DNA from: Squalus acanthias
Lineage: Eukaryota
Assembly: GCA_030390025.1 (NCBI GenBank)
Contig: CM059432.1
Location: forward strand, 4,402,001 to 4,466,000
Direction of reading: 5' to 3'
DNA: 64,000 nt
The stretch's first letter is position 1. Every line of letters starts with the position of its first letter. This document shows positions 12,160 through 25,630 of this stretch, one piece after another. A model generated the notes under the pieces. The model ran no database searches and was not told where the DNA came from. It saw only the letters and a program-made list of their open reading frames with translations. Both the position numbers and the translations under genes were made by a program.

Positions 12160-13890
12160 CATCAACAACAACTTTTAACATAGTAAAAAAAATCGCAGGA
12201 GCGATTATCAAACAAAACAGAGACACATAAGGTGATATTAGGACAGGCGACCAAAAGCTTGATCAAAGAGGTAGGTTTTAAGGAGCGTCTTAAAGGAGGA
12301 GAGAGAGGTGGAGAGGCGGAGAGGTTTAGGGAGGGAATTCCAGATTTGGGGCCCAGGCAGCTGAAGGCATGGCCGCCAATGGTGGAGCGATGGAAATCAG
12401 GAATGCGCAAGAGGCCAGAATTGGAGGAGCGCAGAAATCTCGGAGGGTTGTAGGGCTGGTGGAGGTTATAGAGTTAGGGAGGGACGAGATAATCTAATCG
12501 AGTATCGTAACCACTACGCTACCAATGTCTGTAAATTCAAGGCAATGCATTAAATGCAATCAGATCCACTTTTCACCAGATCAACTTTTCGTGTAACTAT
12601 TTTTCCCCCCAGTATTAAAGAGGTAACACTAACACTTGACAATCCCTGAGAAGAGGCTCGGGATCTGTGCTTGTTTTTACTATACCTATTTTGCATTAGT
12701 AATCCATCCATTATGAGATATCTATTTGATTCTTCATTTAACTTATGAAGACTCACTCCGTCATGAATGGGTCAGGAAGTTATCTCCCTGTAGTCCTCTG
12801 TGGGTGGCTGTGGATTGTACATCCTGTCGAGGAGCTTGTCTGCAGCGGCGATGTAGGAACCTCGTCTCTGTGATATTACTGTGGTTAGGACCTACATTGG
12901 CTCACGGTCCAGCAACGCCTTGGTTTTTAAAATTCTCATCCTTGTGTTCAAATCCCTCCACGGCCTCGCCCCTCCCTATCTCTGTAATCTCCTCCAGCCC
13001 CACAACCGCTCGAGATATCTGCGCTCCTCTAATTCTGCCCTCTTGAGCATCCCCGATTGTAATTGCTCAACCATTGGTGGCCGAGGCCCTAAGCTCTGGA
13101 ATTCCCTGCCTAAACCTCTCCGCCTCTCCACCTCTCTTTCCTCCTTTAAGACGCTCCTTAAAACCTACCTCTTTGACCAAGCTTTTGGTCATCTGCCCTA
13201 ATATCTCCTTATGTGGCTCGGTGTCAATTTTTTTGTCTTAGAGCACTCGTGTGAAGCACTTTGGGATGTTTTACTACGTTAAAGGTGCTATATAAATACA
13301 AGTTGTTGATGTTGTTGTAGAGAATTCCAAAGATTCACAACCATCTGAGTGTAGAAATTCCTCCTCATCTCAATGGACGACCCCTTATCCTGAGACTATG
13401 TCCCCTAGTTCTAGACTCTCCAGCCAGGGGGAAACAGCCTCTCAGCATCTACCCTGTCAATCCCCCTCAGAATCTTATATGTTTCAATGAAATCTGCCGT
13501 TAGGTAGACTTGCCCTTGCACATTTAGGTTTTTACATTTTTTGCGTGGCAAGTTGCTGAAAGTGTGAGCTGATAACGGGGCAGCGAGGGGAAACTGGGTA
13601 TCTGGAACCTGAGTGAACAGGGCAAGCAACAGAGTATCTCCTTATCCAATCAGATTGAAGGATCTCAGCTGCCTGGGCCCTAAGCTCTGGAATTCCCTGC
13701 CTAAACCTCTCCGCCTCTCTACCTCTCTCTCTTTCTTGAAGATGCTCCTTAAAACCTCCCTCTTTGACCAAGCTTTTGGTCACCTGCCCTAATATCGCCT
13801 TATGTGGCTCGGTGTCAAACCTTGTCCGATAACGCTTCCATGAAGTGCCTTGGGACATTTAAGGCGCTATATAAATGCAACTTCTGTTGT
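12160..13890. mobile_element. Cluster of L2 3' fragments (12160-12490 -, 12885-13320 +, 13665-13890 +) with a CR1 piece (13320-13490 -)
   Basis: Same L2 and CR1 motifs as elsewhere in the window. Confidence 0.8.
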
Positions 13891-14839
13891 TATTTAATCA
13901 TCACTAATAAAATTGAGATTGGACATGATAGAGGTTTTTAAATCAGGAACTACCTTGTATGCCGTTATCATGGAGGGGGGTACAGAATCGAGAATCATTC
14001 AGCACAGAAGGAGTCCATTCGACCCATCGTGCCTGTGCTGGCTCTTTGAAAGAGCTCTCCAATTAGTCCCACTCCCCTTGTCCATCCCCTATAGCCCTGC
14101 AGACCACCAGAACAACTCAAATGAGTGAAAGGTGAGGATAATGCATATAAATAAGCAGGTTATTTAAATTAACTGCCTACAGAACAAAAATACATGGCCC
14201 AAAAACTGGTAAATGTCAAGTGAGATTAGAGATTAGAAATATTTATTGCTTTATAATACAGAGTCATAGACTGCAATCAAAGGGAATTAATGCAGCTCTA
14301 TTTAACTACTTTCAAGTGAGATTCATGAGTATCTGGTTAAAAATATGACTAGAGGCTTCAATTATGTATATAGACACTAATTATCGTAAACCTTATGCAA
14401 CACTTGTACAGCTGTTGCAGCATAGCTTATGGACTGAAGCGGAGATCAAACAGAGAAGAATCACAGAATGATACAACACAGAAGGAGGCCATTCGGCCCA
14501 TCGTGCCTGTGCCGGCTCTTTGAACGAGCTCTCCAATTAGTCCTACTCCCCCCCTGCTCTTTCCCCAGAGCCCTGCACATTTTTTTCCTTTTCAAGTATT
14601 TATCCAATTCCCAATGAAAGTTACTGTTGAATCTGCTCCCACCGCCCTTTTCAGGCAGCACGTTCCAGATCATCTCTCCCGATTTTTATTTCCACTGAAA
14701 CCATTTCACTTTCCCCCCCCCCCCACCCCGTGTTACACAATCGCACCAAGTCAAACATTGCCTCCAGTCAGTGTAGTTCCAGCGCCGTTGCTCATTGGAA
14801 ATGGCTGGGGGAGAATTTCAATACCTTCGCCCGACTCTA

Positions 14840-15097
<258 letters not shown>

Positions 15098-15972
15098 TTA
15101 TTGGAGGCAGCACCAACGGGGGGGGGGGGGGCAAAATATTTCACCAAAACAAATAGGAAACGGCACAAGGCTGCACAAGCGATGCCGTGAGTTAGTGTCA
15201 GGCTACGTCACTTGTCATTCAATTGTTTGTAAAGCCTTTAAGCTCTTCCATTGTGCACTGTACTAATAGAATGATACAGTGCATGAGGAGGCCACTCGGC
15301 CCATCGTCCCTGTGCCGGCTCTTTGAAAGAGCTCTCCAATTAGTCCCACTCCCCCCCCCCGGCTCTTTCCCCACAGCCCTGCAAATTTTTCCTTTTTTAA
15401 GTACTTAAGAAGCATGGAAAGAATTTTTGGAACATAGAGGTTGAAGCCTAAGGCAGGGACTGTATCTCTACAGAAGGGTAGGAATTGTCTCCTACTAATC
15501 GCATGGTAGATAATGCCTTAAATGTCACTTGCTAACGATGGACCAGTGAGATGTCTCTGGACCAAATATGGTTTGTTTTGTTTAGTCCTGTGTTGGTTTG
15601 GTAGCTGCCCTTTTAAAGCCAGCCATAATTAGAGAGAAACACAATTGGAGTCCAGAACAAGGGGGCGTAACCTTAAAATTAGAGCTCGGCCGCTCAGGGG
15701 TGATGTCAGGAAGCATTTCTTCACACAAAGGGTGGTGGAAATCTGGAACTCTCTCCCCCTAAAGAGCTGTTGAGGCTGGGGGTCAACTGAAAATTTCAAA
15801 ACTGAGATTGCTAGATTTTTTGTTGGCCTAGGATATTGAGGGCTACGGAACCAAGGCGGGTAGATGGAATGGAGATACAGATCAGCCATGGTCAAATGGA
15901 ATGGCAGAACTGGCTCGAGGGGCTGAATGGCCTCCTCCTGTTCTGATGTTCCTATGTTCCATAATGCACCTG

Positions 15973-16691
15973 GGGGGGAAAATTCGTTATCGACCATTTT
16001 GGGGCGCTAACATCACCTGGGCGCTAATTAGCATCAGCGACCGCAAAATTGAGTTATAGCTCCCCAAGAGGGAGCTGGAGAGCTAAATCAATCACTCAAC
16101 TTCCTTCTTAGGGCGCTAATGTTGGAGAGCAGGGCGGAGACTTCAGCAGCGCGGCACACTGGGCCGGGCAACGCCGCCGCGTTCAAAGACTCCTTCCCTC
16201 CCTTAAAGTGAAGGGCCATCGCTGCAGGCTCTGCAATAGAAAAAGTGCCTACCTGGACCGCCAAGGCAGCCGCGATCCCGCGCGATCAAGCAGCGTGCCG
16301 GGCTGATCGATCGCGGGCAGGAACCTGCGAAAAAAAACTGGAACAGGAAATGTAAGTTTTTTGTTTACTTACCTCGGCCACTTCGCCTTTAATCATCGCC
16401 CCCCGAAGCGACCAGCTGCCCGATACACGCCTCCTGCAGCTGTCGGTGTTTTTGCCTGGCGCTGCTGCAGGGGCCGGAAGTCAATTTCGGGTCCGGGGCG
16501 CTACCGGGGCGATACACACGGTAATGACATCACGATCTTGGGCGAAGGAAATCGGGGCGCAACGCCGTAGCGCCGCCGCAAAACCCCCGCTGAATATGGC
16601 GGGAGTCGATGTCAGCGCCGCGCTCGCTCGCCAAGCCATTTGGGCCCCGTTAGCGCCCCCCAGGGGCGCAAAGGCACCCAATTTCACCCCC
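15973..16691. mobile_element. PIF/Harbinger-type MITE, family B
   Basis: TIR GGGGGGAAAATT vs GGGGGTGAAATT. TSD is CTG at 15970-15972 and 16692-16694. Confidence 0.9.
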
Positions 16692-16939
16692 CTGGAGTTT
16701 AGCAGTCAACCAAAGCCAGGAACGTTGGGCCTGCCCTGTCCCAATACAGTACTGCAAGTTCCACAAGTTACAGGCTTCATTGCGAGATAATTCAAATTTA
16801 AACAAGGCTATGTGATTGGATCAGTTTGGATTTGACTGACATGTTATTTTTTCAATTTCAGATATTCAAAGTTAAGGAAGTCCAAGCAAATATTCTCCAG
16901 ATCACAAGGTAATAACTGGTGTGGAAACCATCTGAATTA

Positions 16940-17280
16940 TTTTTTTATTCGTTTATGGGATGTGGGCGTTGCTGTAAAGGCCAGCATTTATTGCCCATCC
17001 CTAGTTGCCCTTGAGAAGGTGGTGGTGAGCCGCCTTCTTGAACCGCTGCAGTCCGTGTGGTGAAGGTACTCCCACAGTGCTGTTAGGGAGGGAGTTCCAG
17101 GATTTTGACCCAACGACGATGAAGGAACGGCCGATATATTTCCAAGTCAGGATGGTGTGTGACTTGGAGGTGGTGGTGTTCCCATGCGCCTGCTGCCCTT
17201 GTCCTTCTAGGTGGAAGAGGTCACGGGTTTGGGAGGTGCTGCCGAAGAAGCCTTGGCGAGTTGCTGCAGTGCATCTTGCA
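16940..17280 (-). mobile_element. 3' fragment of the second CR1-group LINE
   Basis: GSKSWNSLPNSTVGVPSPHGLQRFKKAAHHHLLKGN*, the same family as 49795-50360. Confidence 0.8.
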
Positions 17281-17549
17281 ATCTGAATTAATTCATCCAA
17301 AATGACCCTATTGCTGCGGTCAATTGTTCTTAAATGATTCCAGGATCCCTGCCTCCACTACTCTATCTGGGAGTCCATTCCATGTGTTGATCTATCTCTG
17401 TGTGAAAATGAACTGCCTGACACCAGTCCTACATTCTCCTTTAGTAGTTTGAACCTGCATCCCTTTATTCTAGTCTCACGATCTAATTTAAAGTCATTAT
17501 AAGGATTTGGCTTTTCAATACTATATTATATAGCGCATCGCCACTCGTA

Positions 17550-17875
17550 CACAACAACAACTTGCGTTTATATAGCGCCTTTAAATCGTAGTAAATCATC
17601 CCAAGGCGCTTCACAGGAGCGATTATCAAACAAAATTCGACACCTAGCCACATAGGGAGATATTAGGGCAGGTGACCAAAAGCTTGGTGAGAGGTAGGTT
17701 AAGGAGCATCTTAAAGGAGGAGCGAGAGGTAGAGAGGCGGAGAGGTTTAGGGAGGGAATTCCAGAGCTTCGGGCCCAGGCGGCTGAAGGCACGGCCACCA
17801 ATGGTGGAGCGAAGAAAATCGGCGATGTACAAGAGGCCAGAATTGGAGGAACGCAGAGATCTCAGAGGGTTGTAC
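17550..17875 (-). mobile_element. L2 LINE 3' fragment
   Basis: GGRAFSRLGPKLWNSLPKPLR plus tail. Confidence 0.85.
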
Positions 17876-18434
17876 GCTTCACTTTCAATATTGAAAAATC
17901 CAAGTCTCTCCAATCTGTCCCCATTACTCAAACTTCCAACAATAGGTATAGTCCTCTTTGCTCTGCCTCCAATGCCTGAATGGATATGGAGCAAAGTCAG
18001 CTAAATAGAGTTGAGGTACGGATCAGCCATGATCTGAGTGAATGGCGCAACAGGCTCGAGGGGCTGAATGGCCTCCTCCTGTGCCTATATTCCTGTCATC
18101 TTTTAAGGGAAAATTCAATCGATATTCAAAGCAGAGAAAGACACAGGGCTATGGCGAGACTGTGGGCTGGTGGGGTTAGTCTTGCATCGTTCTAGTAAAG
18201 AGCTAGGAAAGTCAAGATAAGCTGAGCGGCCTCCTTCATTGTTGTAAATTTCTATGACCTTTTTCTGCTTAGTTCTATTAAAGATGGTGGTCTTTATCTG
18301 ATCCACTCTGATCTGGAGGTGCTGCATCATCCTTACCTTTCTTGTATCATCCTACCTTTGTTCATTCGCTATAATGGACCTCTTTGGTTGGTAGTCATCA
18401 TGAATTATGTGCAGCTTTTCTGCCAAATGATAAA

Positions 18435-19420
18435 GAAAGAAAGAACTTGCGTTTCTACAGCGCCTTTCACGACCTCAGGATGTCCCAAAGTGCTTTACAG
18501 CCAATTAAGTACTTTTTGAAGTGTAGTCATTGTTGTAATGTAGGAAACGCAGCAGCCAATATGGTGCACAGCAAGCTCCCACAAACAGCAATGTGATGCT
18601 GTCTAGGTATTCGTGATTTTGGTTGAGGGATAAATATTGGCCAGGACGCTGGGGAGAACTCTCTTGCTTTTCTTCGGAATAGTGCTGTGGGATCTTTTAC
18701 TTTATCTGAGAAAGGATATGCTTGCCTTGGAGGCGGTGCAACGAAGGTTCATTAGATTAATTCCTGGGATGAGAGGGTTGTCCTGTGAGGAGAGATTGAG
18801 TAGAATGGGCCTATACTCTGTGGAGTTTAGAAGAATGAGAGGTGATCTCATTGAAACATACAAGATTCTGAAGGGGGATTGACAGGGTAGATGCTGAGAG
18901 GTTGTTTCTCCTGACTGGAGAGTCTAGAACTAGGGGGCACAGTCTCAGGATAAGGGGTCGGCCATTTGAAGACTGAGATGAGGAGGAATTTCTTCACTCA
19001 GAGGGTGGTGAATCTTTGGAATTCTCTGCCCCAGAGGGCTGTGGATGCTCAGTCTTTGAGTATATTCAAGGCTGAGATAGATAGATTTTTGGACTTTAAG
19101 GGAATCAAGGGATCAGGCGGGAAAGTGGAGTTGAGGTTGAAGATCAGCCATGATCTTATTGAATGGCGGAGCAGGTGCGAGGGGCCGTATGGCCGACTCC
19201 TGCTCCTAATTCTGATGTTCTTATGAGAGGTCAGACATGGCCTCGGTTTAACATCTCATCTGAGGGAGACGGCATCTCCAACAGCGCAGAGCTCCCTCAA
19301 TACTGCACTGGGTGTGTCAGCCTAGATTTTGTGCTCACATCTCTGGAGAGGGATTTTGAACCCGCAATCTGCTGACTCAGAGGTGAGAGTGCTACCCACT
19401 GAGCCATGGCTGACACTAAT
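18435..19420 (-). mobile_element. Deu-domain SINE containing a nested CR1 3' fragment (+, about 18700-19225)
   Basis: The SINE halves rejoin around the CR1 piece (LEAVQRRFIRLIPGM...RNFFTQRVVNLWNSLP). Confidence 0.85.
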
Positions 19421-20213
19421 AACAACCTTGTAGCACTATGTTTGGGATAATGATTTTCTAATGGCTGGCAATCTTAAAAAACAATATTTCCATGATGTTA
19501 CCGCATTATTGCTTTTCAGTATTGTGTTAGCTACTTATTTGTAATGTTATATTGCATTTTGCTTTGTTAATTGATTTGTGATATTCTGCAAAGTTGTATC
19601 ATAAATTAGCTAAATTAGCCGCATGACTTGAAATTCCCACCAAGCTGCTATTTGTATGTTGTGGTCCTGCCGTGCGATATTCTATTTCAACACAATTGCA
19701 GAACTGCAGATTATACACTTTGTGATTGGAGATTAACCCTTTTATACTCGCACTGACTTATTCGCTAACGTTAGGCAACAGAAGAAAATATTCCGTACAT
19801 TTATATGGCCGGTATAAGAACATAAGGAGATAAGAATTAGGAGCAGGATTTAAAACTCATATATGGGCTGCCTCATGGCCTGGGTCCTGACCTTCAAGCG
19901 TGTCAGCGGAATCGAATCGAAGAGCCCAGCTCCTTCTCAGGATCAACTCCAACTTCCAGCAGTTTCGATAGACCAGTCGGCTTTCCTTTATCTGCACAAC
20001 AATCAGCTTACTTTCCGAACCAAGCCAGTCGCTATCGGGTCACTTCAAACCAAGTGACTTGGCCATTAAAACACATTCGGAATATTGGACCCAATTTGCC
20101 TTCTTGCAACAACCCGTTGACACAAAGTCCAATGCAACGCAATTTCTAATCACTCCTCAAGGACGCGCCTTCTTCCGCCCCCTTCAAAATTCAGCGTGGT
20201 TGCCAGGTTCCTT

Positions 20214-20423
20214 TGTGACGTAAGAAAACTACTAGGCACTTGGTCTAAGCGTTAAACAAAGCTTTAATCAACTGTTTTTCAACATGGAGATCTAGTTGTG
20301 TCCTTCACTGGTTCCTGTTAAAGAATGTCCTGAGCAAGCTGGGCCCATGCCCGAGTATTTATACTCTCCCTGGACAGCGCCACCAGCAGGCCGCCCAGTA
20401 TTATTTTATAAGTCATTTCCACA
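20214..20423 (-). mobile_element. Probable short LTR, with possible decayed gag-like sequence extending to about 19860
   Basis: On the minus strand it has TG...CA ends, TATAAATA (20356-20363) and then ATTAAA (20263-20268). A PBS-like TGGCAACCACG lies a few bases downstream. No TSD seen. Confidence 0.45.
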
Positions 20424-20594
20424 TGAATGACAAGATTCATGTCACTTTGCATCGATGGGACAATATAAAGGCCCTGATTTTGCCGGAGCAGGGCGTCTCG
20501 CGCCGTGCCCGTTTCATTAGACTTGTTCGTCCACATTTAGGTTCTAAGACATTTTGGCTACAAAGTTGCTGGAAGTGTGATCTAACAAGAACAT

Positions 20595-22150
20595 CAACTT
20601 GCATTTAGACAGCGCTTTTAATGTAGCAAAGTGTCCCAAGGCGCTTCACGGGAGCGATTATCAAACAAAAATTGACACCGAGCCACATAAGGCGATATTA
20701 GGACAGATGACCAAAAGCTTGGTCAAAAAAGGTAGGTTTTAAGGAGCATTTTAGAGGAGGAGAGGTAGCAAGGTTTAGGCAGGGAATTCCAGAGTGTAGG
20801 TCCTTGACAGCTAAAGGCACGGCCGCCAATGGTGGAACGATTAAAATCGGGGATGCTCAAGAGGCCGGAACTGGAGGAGCACAGATATCTCGAGGGGGTT
20901 GTAGGGTTGGAGGAGATTGTTGAGATAGGGAGGGGCGAGGCCATGGAGGGATTTGAAAACAAAGATATTGGCCCAGAAATTCGCCTCTCCGGCTTGCCGC
21001 GGGGGTAAGGATCGCGCATGCTCTTACCTACCGCGCCTGCCGTTGTGTTTTGGGCCCACGGGAACTTCGGGTCCTGGGCCTCTCCCAACTGCCGGCGCGC
21101 AGTGCTTGTGTGTTCCAGGGGCGCAGTTAGTGCGATGCGTCCCCTGGGATCACGTGGGCCATGGAGAGCCAATGGCAGCAGACCATCTTTCATTCATAGA
21201 TTTGACAGGAGACCTGTCAAATCTGTGAATAGAAATCGGCCCCAAAAGAACAGCTAAACTTAAAATAAATTTTTAAAAAAACCATCACATTTATAAAATA
21301 ACTTTAGTTAAATAAATTAACTACTTTAAAGAATAATTTAAATTTTTGAAAAAAATAAAATACTTTTTAAAATTGATAAAAATAAACTTACCTTTCTTTA
21401 AAGTATCTAAAAAAGATAAACCTGTTGAAAATATTTTTAAATTATACTTAATTAACTACTTACCTTGTTGAAAACTGGTCTTATGCCTCCTTTTTAACAG
21501 CGTAGTATCTTCAATACTTACCCTCGCGTAGAAACCTGGAAAAAAATCTAAGTGTGCTGCGTGCGCGCAGCCTCTACTGCGCACGCGGTTCACCTAGGAA
21601 CCGCCCCCTTCACCAGACCGGAAGTTCCGGTTTCCCGCGCATGCGCAGTGCATGCAGGAAACCGGCACTTCGGGATGTCTTATGGGTGAGTACACAGTGT
21701 GTACTCACGCGGGAAGGGCCGAATTTTTGGCCCGATAATTTTAAAATCGAGGTGTTGCTTAACCGTGAGCCAATGGAGATCAGCGAGCAGAGAGGTGATG
21801 GACGAACGGGACTTGGTGCGAGTTAGGACACGGGCAGCAGAGTTTTGGATCACCTCTAGTTTACGTTGGGTAGAATGTGGGAGGCCAGCCAGGAGTGCGT
21901 TGGAATAGTCAAGTCTAGAGGTGACAAATGCATGGGTGAGGGTTTCAGCAGCAGATGAGCTGAGGCAGGGACAGAGTCAGGCGATGTTCTAGAGGTGGAA
22001 ATAGGCGGTCTTAGTATTGGTGCGGCTATGTGGTCGGAAGTTCATCTCGGGGTCAAATATGACACCAAGGTTGGGAACAATCTGGCTCAGCCTCAGATAG
22101 TTGCCAGGGAGAGGGGGGGAGTCGGTGGCTAGGGAACAGAGTATGTGGCA
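20595..22150 (-). mobile_element. L2 LINE 3' fragment interrupted by a MITE
   Basis: L2 sequence resumes on both sides of 20970-21733. Confidence 0.85.
20970..21733. mobile_element. PIF/Harbinger-type MITE, family A (opposite orientation to the other copies)
   Basis: TIR GGCCCAGAAATTC vs GGGCCAAAAATTC. The body is the reverse complement of 47353-48115. TSD is imperfect (ATT/GAT). Confidence 0.85.
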
Positions 22151-22474
22151 TCTAGGACCTTGGTAAACAAAGGGACCAACAGTCTATCTCCTTAACAATG
22201 GGATTAATGGACTGAGAAGGAGGGAGAATTAGAGTCAAATCAGGTACAGAAAGAGAAATAGAGGGAAAGAAAGATTGGATTAGAGAGAGAAAAAAGAGAA
22301 AGAAAGGAAAAGTAAAAGAAAAAGGAAAAATTCAAAGTCTGACATTTTAAAATTTCCAACAACAATTTACTAACTGAGCAGAATGAGACTCTGCACTTTT
22401 AATTCTTCATTTTCTGGGAAGAGATGTTGATTAACAAGGCCATAAAAAAGCAAACCAAGCACTAGGGTTTATTT

Positions 22475-23230
22475 AGACATAGACATGGAAAAATAGGAGC
22501 AGGAGTCGGCCATTCGGCCCTTCGAGCCTGCTCCGCCATTCAATGAGATCATGGCTGATCCTCTATCTCAATACCATATTCCCGCTCTCTCCCCATACCC
22601 TTTGATGCCTTTTGTGTCTAGAAATCTATCTATCTCCTTCTAAAATATATTCAGTGACTTGGCCTCCACAGCCTTCTGTGGTAGAGAATCCCACAGGTTC
22701 ACCACCCTCTGTGTGAAGAAATTTCTCCTCATCTCAGTCCTAAATGTCCTACCCCGTATCCTGAGACTGTGACCCCTCGTTCTAGACCCCCCAAGCCAGG
22801 GGAAACATCCTCCCTGCATCCAGTCTGTCTAGCCCTGTCAGAATGTTATACGTTTCAATGAGATCCCCTCTCATTCTTCTAAACTCTAGTGAATACAGGC
22901 CTAGTCGACCCAATCTCTCCTCGTACGACAGTCCTGCCATCCCAGGAATCAGTCTGGTGAACCTTCGCTGCACTCCCTCTGTGGCAAGTATATCCTTTCT
23001 TAGGTAAGGAGACCAAAACTGCACACAGTACTCCAGGTGTGGTCTCACCAAGGCACTGTATAACTGTAGTAAGACATCCTTGCTCCTGTACTCAAATCCT
23101 CTTGCAATGAAGGCCAACATACCATTTGCCTTCCTAACTGCTTGCTGCACCTGCATGTTTGCTTTCAGTGACTGGTGTACAAGGACACCCAGGTACCTTT
23201 GTACATCAACATTTCCCAATCTATCACCAT
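22475..23230 (-). mobile_element. CR1 LINE 3' fragment
   Basis: LVRPHLEYCVQFWSPYLRKD...RRMRGDLIETY plus 3' tail. Confidence 0.92.
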
Positions 23231-23231
23231 T

Positions 23232-23850
23232 TCTAGAGGGATAGAATTGAAAAGTAGGGAAGTTATGCTAAATCTGTATCAAACCCTAGTTAGACCACAC
23301 TTGGAGTACAGCGTACAGTTCTGTTTGCCATATTATAAAAAGGATATAGAGGCACTGGAGAGGGTGCAGAGAAGATTTACAAGGATGGTACCAGAAATGC
23401 GAGGGTATACCTATCAGGAAAGGATGAACAGGCTGGGTCTCTTTTCTCTTGAAACAGGCTGAGGGGTGACCTAATAGACGTCTTTAAAATTATGAAAGGT
23501 TTTGATAGAGTGGATACAGAGAGAATGTTTCCACTTGTGGGGAAGAGCAAAACTAGAGGCCATCGATATAAGATAGTCACCAAGAAATCAAATAGGGAAT
23601 TCAGAAGAAACTTCTTTACCCAGAGAGTGGTGAGAATGTGGAACTCACGACCACAGGGAGTGGTTGAAGCCAATAGTTTAGAGGCATTTAAGGGGAGACT
23701 AGACAAGCATATGAGGGAGAAGGGAATAGAGGGTTACGCTGATAGATTTAGATGAAGAAAGACGGGAGGAGGCTCGAGTGGAGCATAAATGCCGGCATGG
23801 ACTGGTTGGGCCGAATGGCCTGTTTCTGTGCCGTATATCCAGTGTAATTC
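23232..23850 (+). mobile_element. CR1 LINE 3' fragment (different subfamily)
   Basis: LVRPHLEYSVQF...RNFFTQRVVRMWNS plus 3' tail. Confidence 0.92.
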
Positions 23851-24399
23851 GATGTAATTAACAGTCATTAACATTTATAAAAGGATACTTACGTGATTAA
23901 TTACAAGCCTTAACTTTCTGTGGTGAGTTTAATGGGCAAATGCAGCAACTTCATGAAACTCATGGGGTAGAGATGGTGTTCTCACGAGGCTAGCGGCGGA
24001 GCGGCGCAAACCGTCCAGCAACCTGTGGCGATTCACCATTCACGGGGCATCTCTTCCTCCCCACAAGTTGCTGGATGATTGGCGCATCAATAACAGCGGA
24101 CGCCGTTTCCATATTCCCTCGAGTATAGAAGATTAAGGGTTGAGCTAATCAAGATCTTTAAAATGATAAAAGATTCGATTGGGTAGAGAGAGAGAGAAAC
24201 TATTTCCTCTGGTGGGCGGGGGGGGGGGGCGGTGGGGGGGGGGGGGAGGAGTCCAGAACAAGGGGGCGTAAACTTAAAATTAGAGCCAGGCCGTTCAGGG
24301 GTGATGTCAGGAAGCACTTCTTCACACAAAGGGTGGTGGAAATCTGGAACTCTCTCCCCCCAAAAAGCTGTTGAAGCTGGAGGTAAATTGAAAATTTCC

Positions 24400-25630
24400 T
24401 GTAAGGACTCTATTCCATTCTCCCAGTTTCTCTGTCTGCTCTGACGATGCCACCTTCTATACTAGTGCTTCCGACATGTCTTCCTTTTTCCTCAACCGAG
24501 GATTCCCCTCTACTGTGGCTGACATGGCCCTTGACTGTGTCCGTTCTATTTCCCGCACTTCTGCTCTCACCCCTTCCCCTCCCTCCCAGAACCACGATAG
24601 TGTTCCCCTTGTCCTCACCTTTCACCCCACCAGCCTCCACATTCAACGGATCATCCTCCGCCATTTCCGCCACCTCCAGCCTGATCCCACCATCAAACAC
24701 ATCTTCCCCTCACCTCTCCTTTCAGCATTCTGAAGGGACTGCTCCCTCCGCGACACCCTGGTCCACTCTATCACCCCCAACACCCCTTCCCCTGGCACCT
24801 TCCCGTGCAAGCGCAGGAGATGCAACACCTGCCCTTTTACCTCCTCCCTTCCCACTGCCCAGGGCCCCAAACACTCCTTCCAGGTGAAACAGCGATTTAC
24901 TTGTACTTCTTGCAATTTAGTATACTGTGTTCGCTGCTCACGATGCGGTCTCCTCTACATTGGGGAGACCAAACGCAGATTGGGTGACCGCTTTGTGGAA
25001 CACCTCCGTTCAGTCCGTAAGGGGGACCCCGAGCTTCCGGTCGCCTGTCACTTTGATTCTCCGCTCCACTCCCACTCTGACCTCTCCGTCCTCGGCCTCT
25101 TACACTGTTCCAATGAAGCTCAACGTAAGCTCGAGGAACAGTACCTCATCTTTCAATTAGGCACTTTACAGCCTTCTGGACTCAACATCGAGTTCAACAA
25201 TTTCAGACCATAACCACTGCCCCTATCATTTTTTTCATTTTTTTTCTCTCTCACATGGCAGCTGTTGATCATCCTGCCAGTGCCATTTACACTTCATCTA
25301 GAGTCATCTTTTGTTTCTTAACTTGTCCCATTACCATCTCCTTTTGCCTTGCACCATCATCCCTTTTGTCTCTTAATCTCTCCTGCCTTCCATCCTATCA
25401 CAGACCTTCCCTTTTGTTCTTTCCTCCCCTCTCCCCCCTCTCTCCCTGCCCCTGCACTTGCTTAAAAACCTGTTCCATCTCCAACTTTTTCCAGTTCTGA
25501 CGAAGGGTCATCGACCTGAAACGTTAACTCTGTTTCTCTCTCTACAGATGCTGCCTGACCTGCTGAGTATTTCCAGCATTTTCTGTTTTTATTTCAGATT
25601 TCCAACATCCGCAGTATTTTGCTTTTGTGT
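24400..25630 (+). mobile_element. Penelope-like retroelement, 3' part (GIY-YIG endonuclease and pseudo-LTR), nested in a CR1
   Basis: CKRRRCNTC and VYCVRCSRCGLLYIGETKRRLGDRFVEH...PVACHF...LGTLQPSGLN form the PLE GIY-YIG domain. CR1 sequence flanks it at 24110-24400 and 25632-25770. Confidence 0.92.
25493..25529 (+). ncRNA. Minimal type I hammerhead ribozyme motif
   Basis: AGTT-CTGACGA-A-GGGTC-ATC-GACCT-GAAA-C-GTT-AACT: core boxes, a 5-bp stem II, stem I AGTT/AACT, and palindromic ACGT in place of stem III. Confidence 0.75.
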
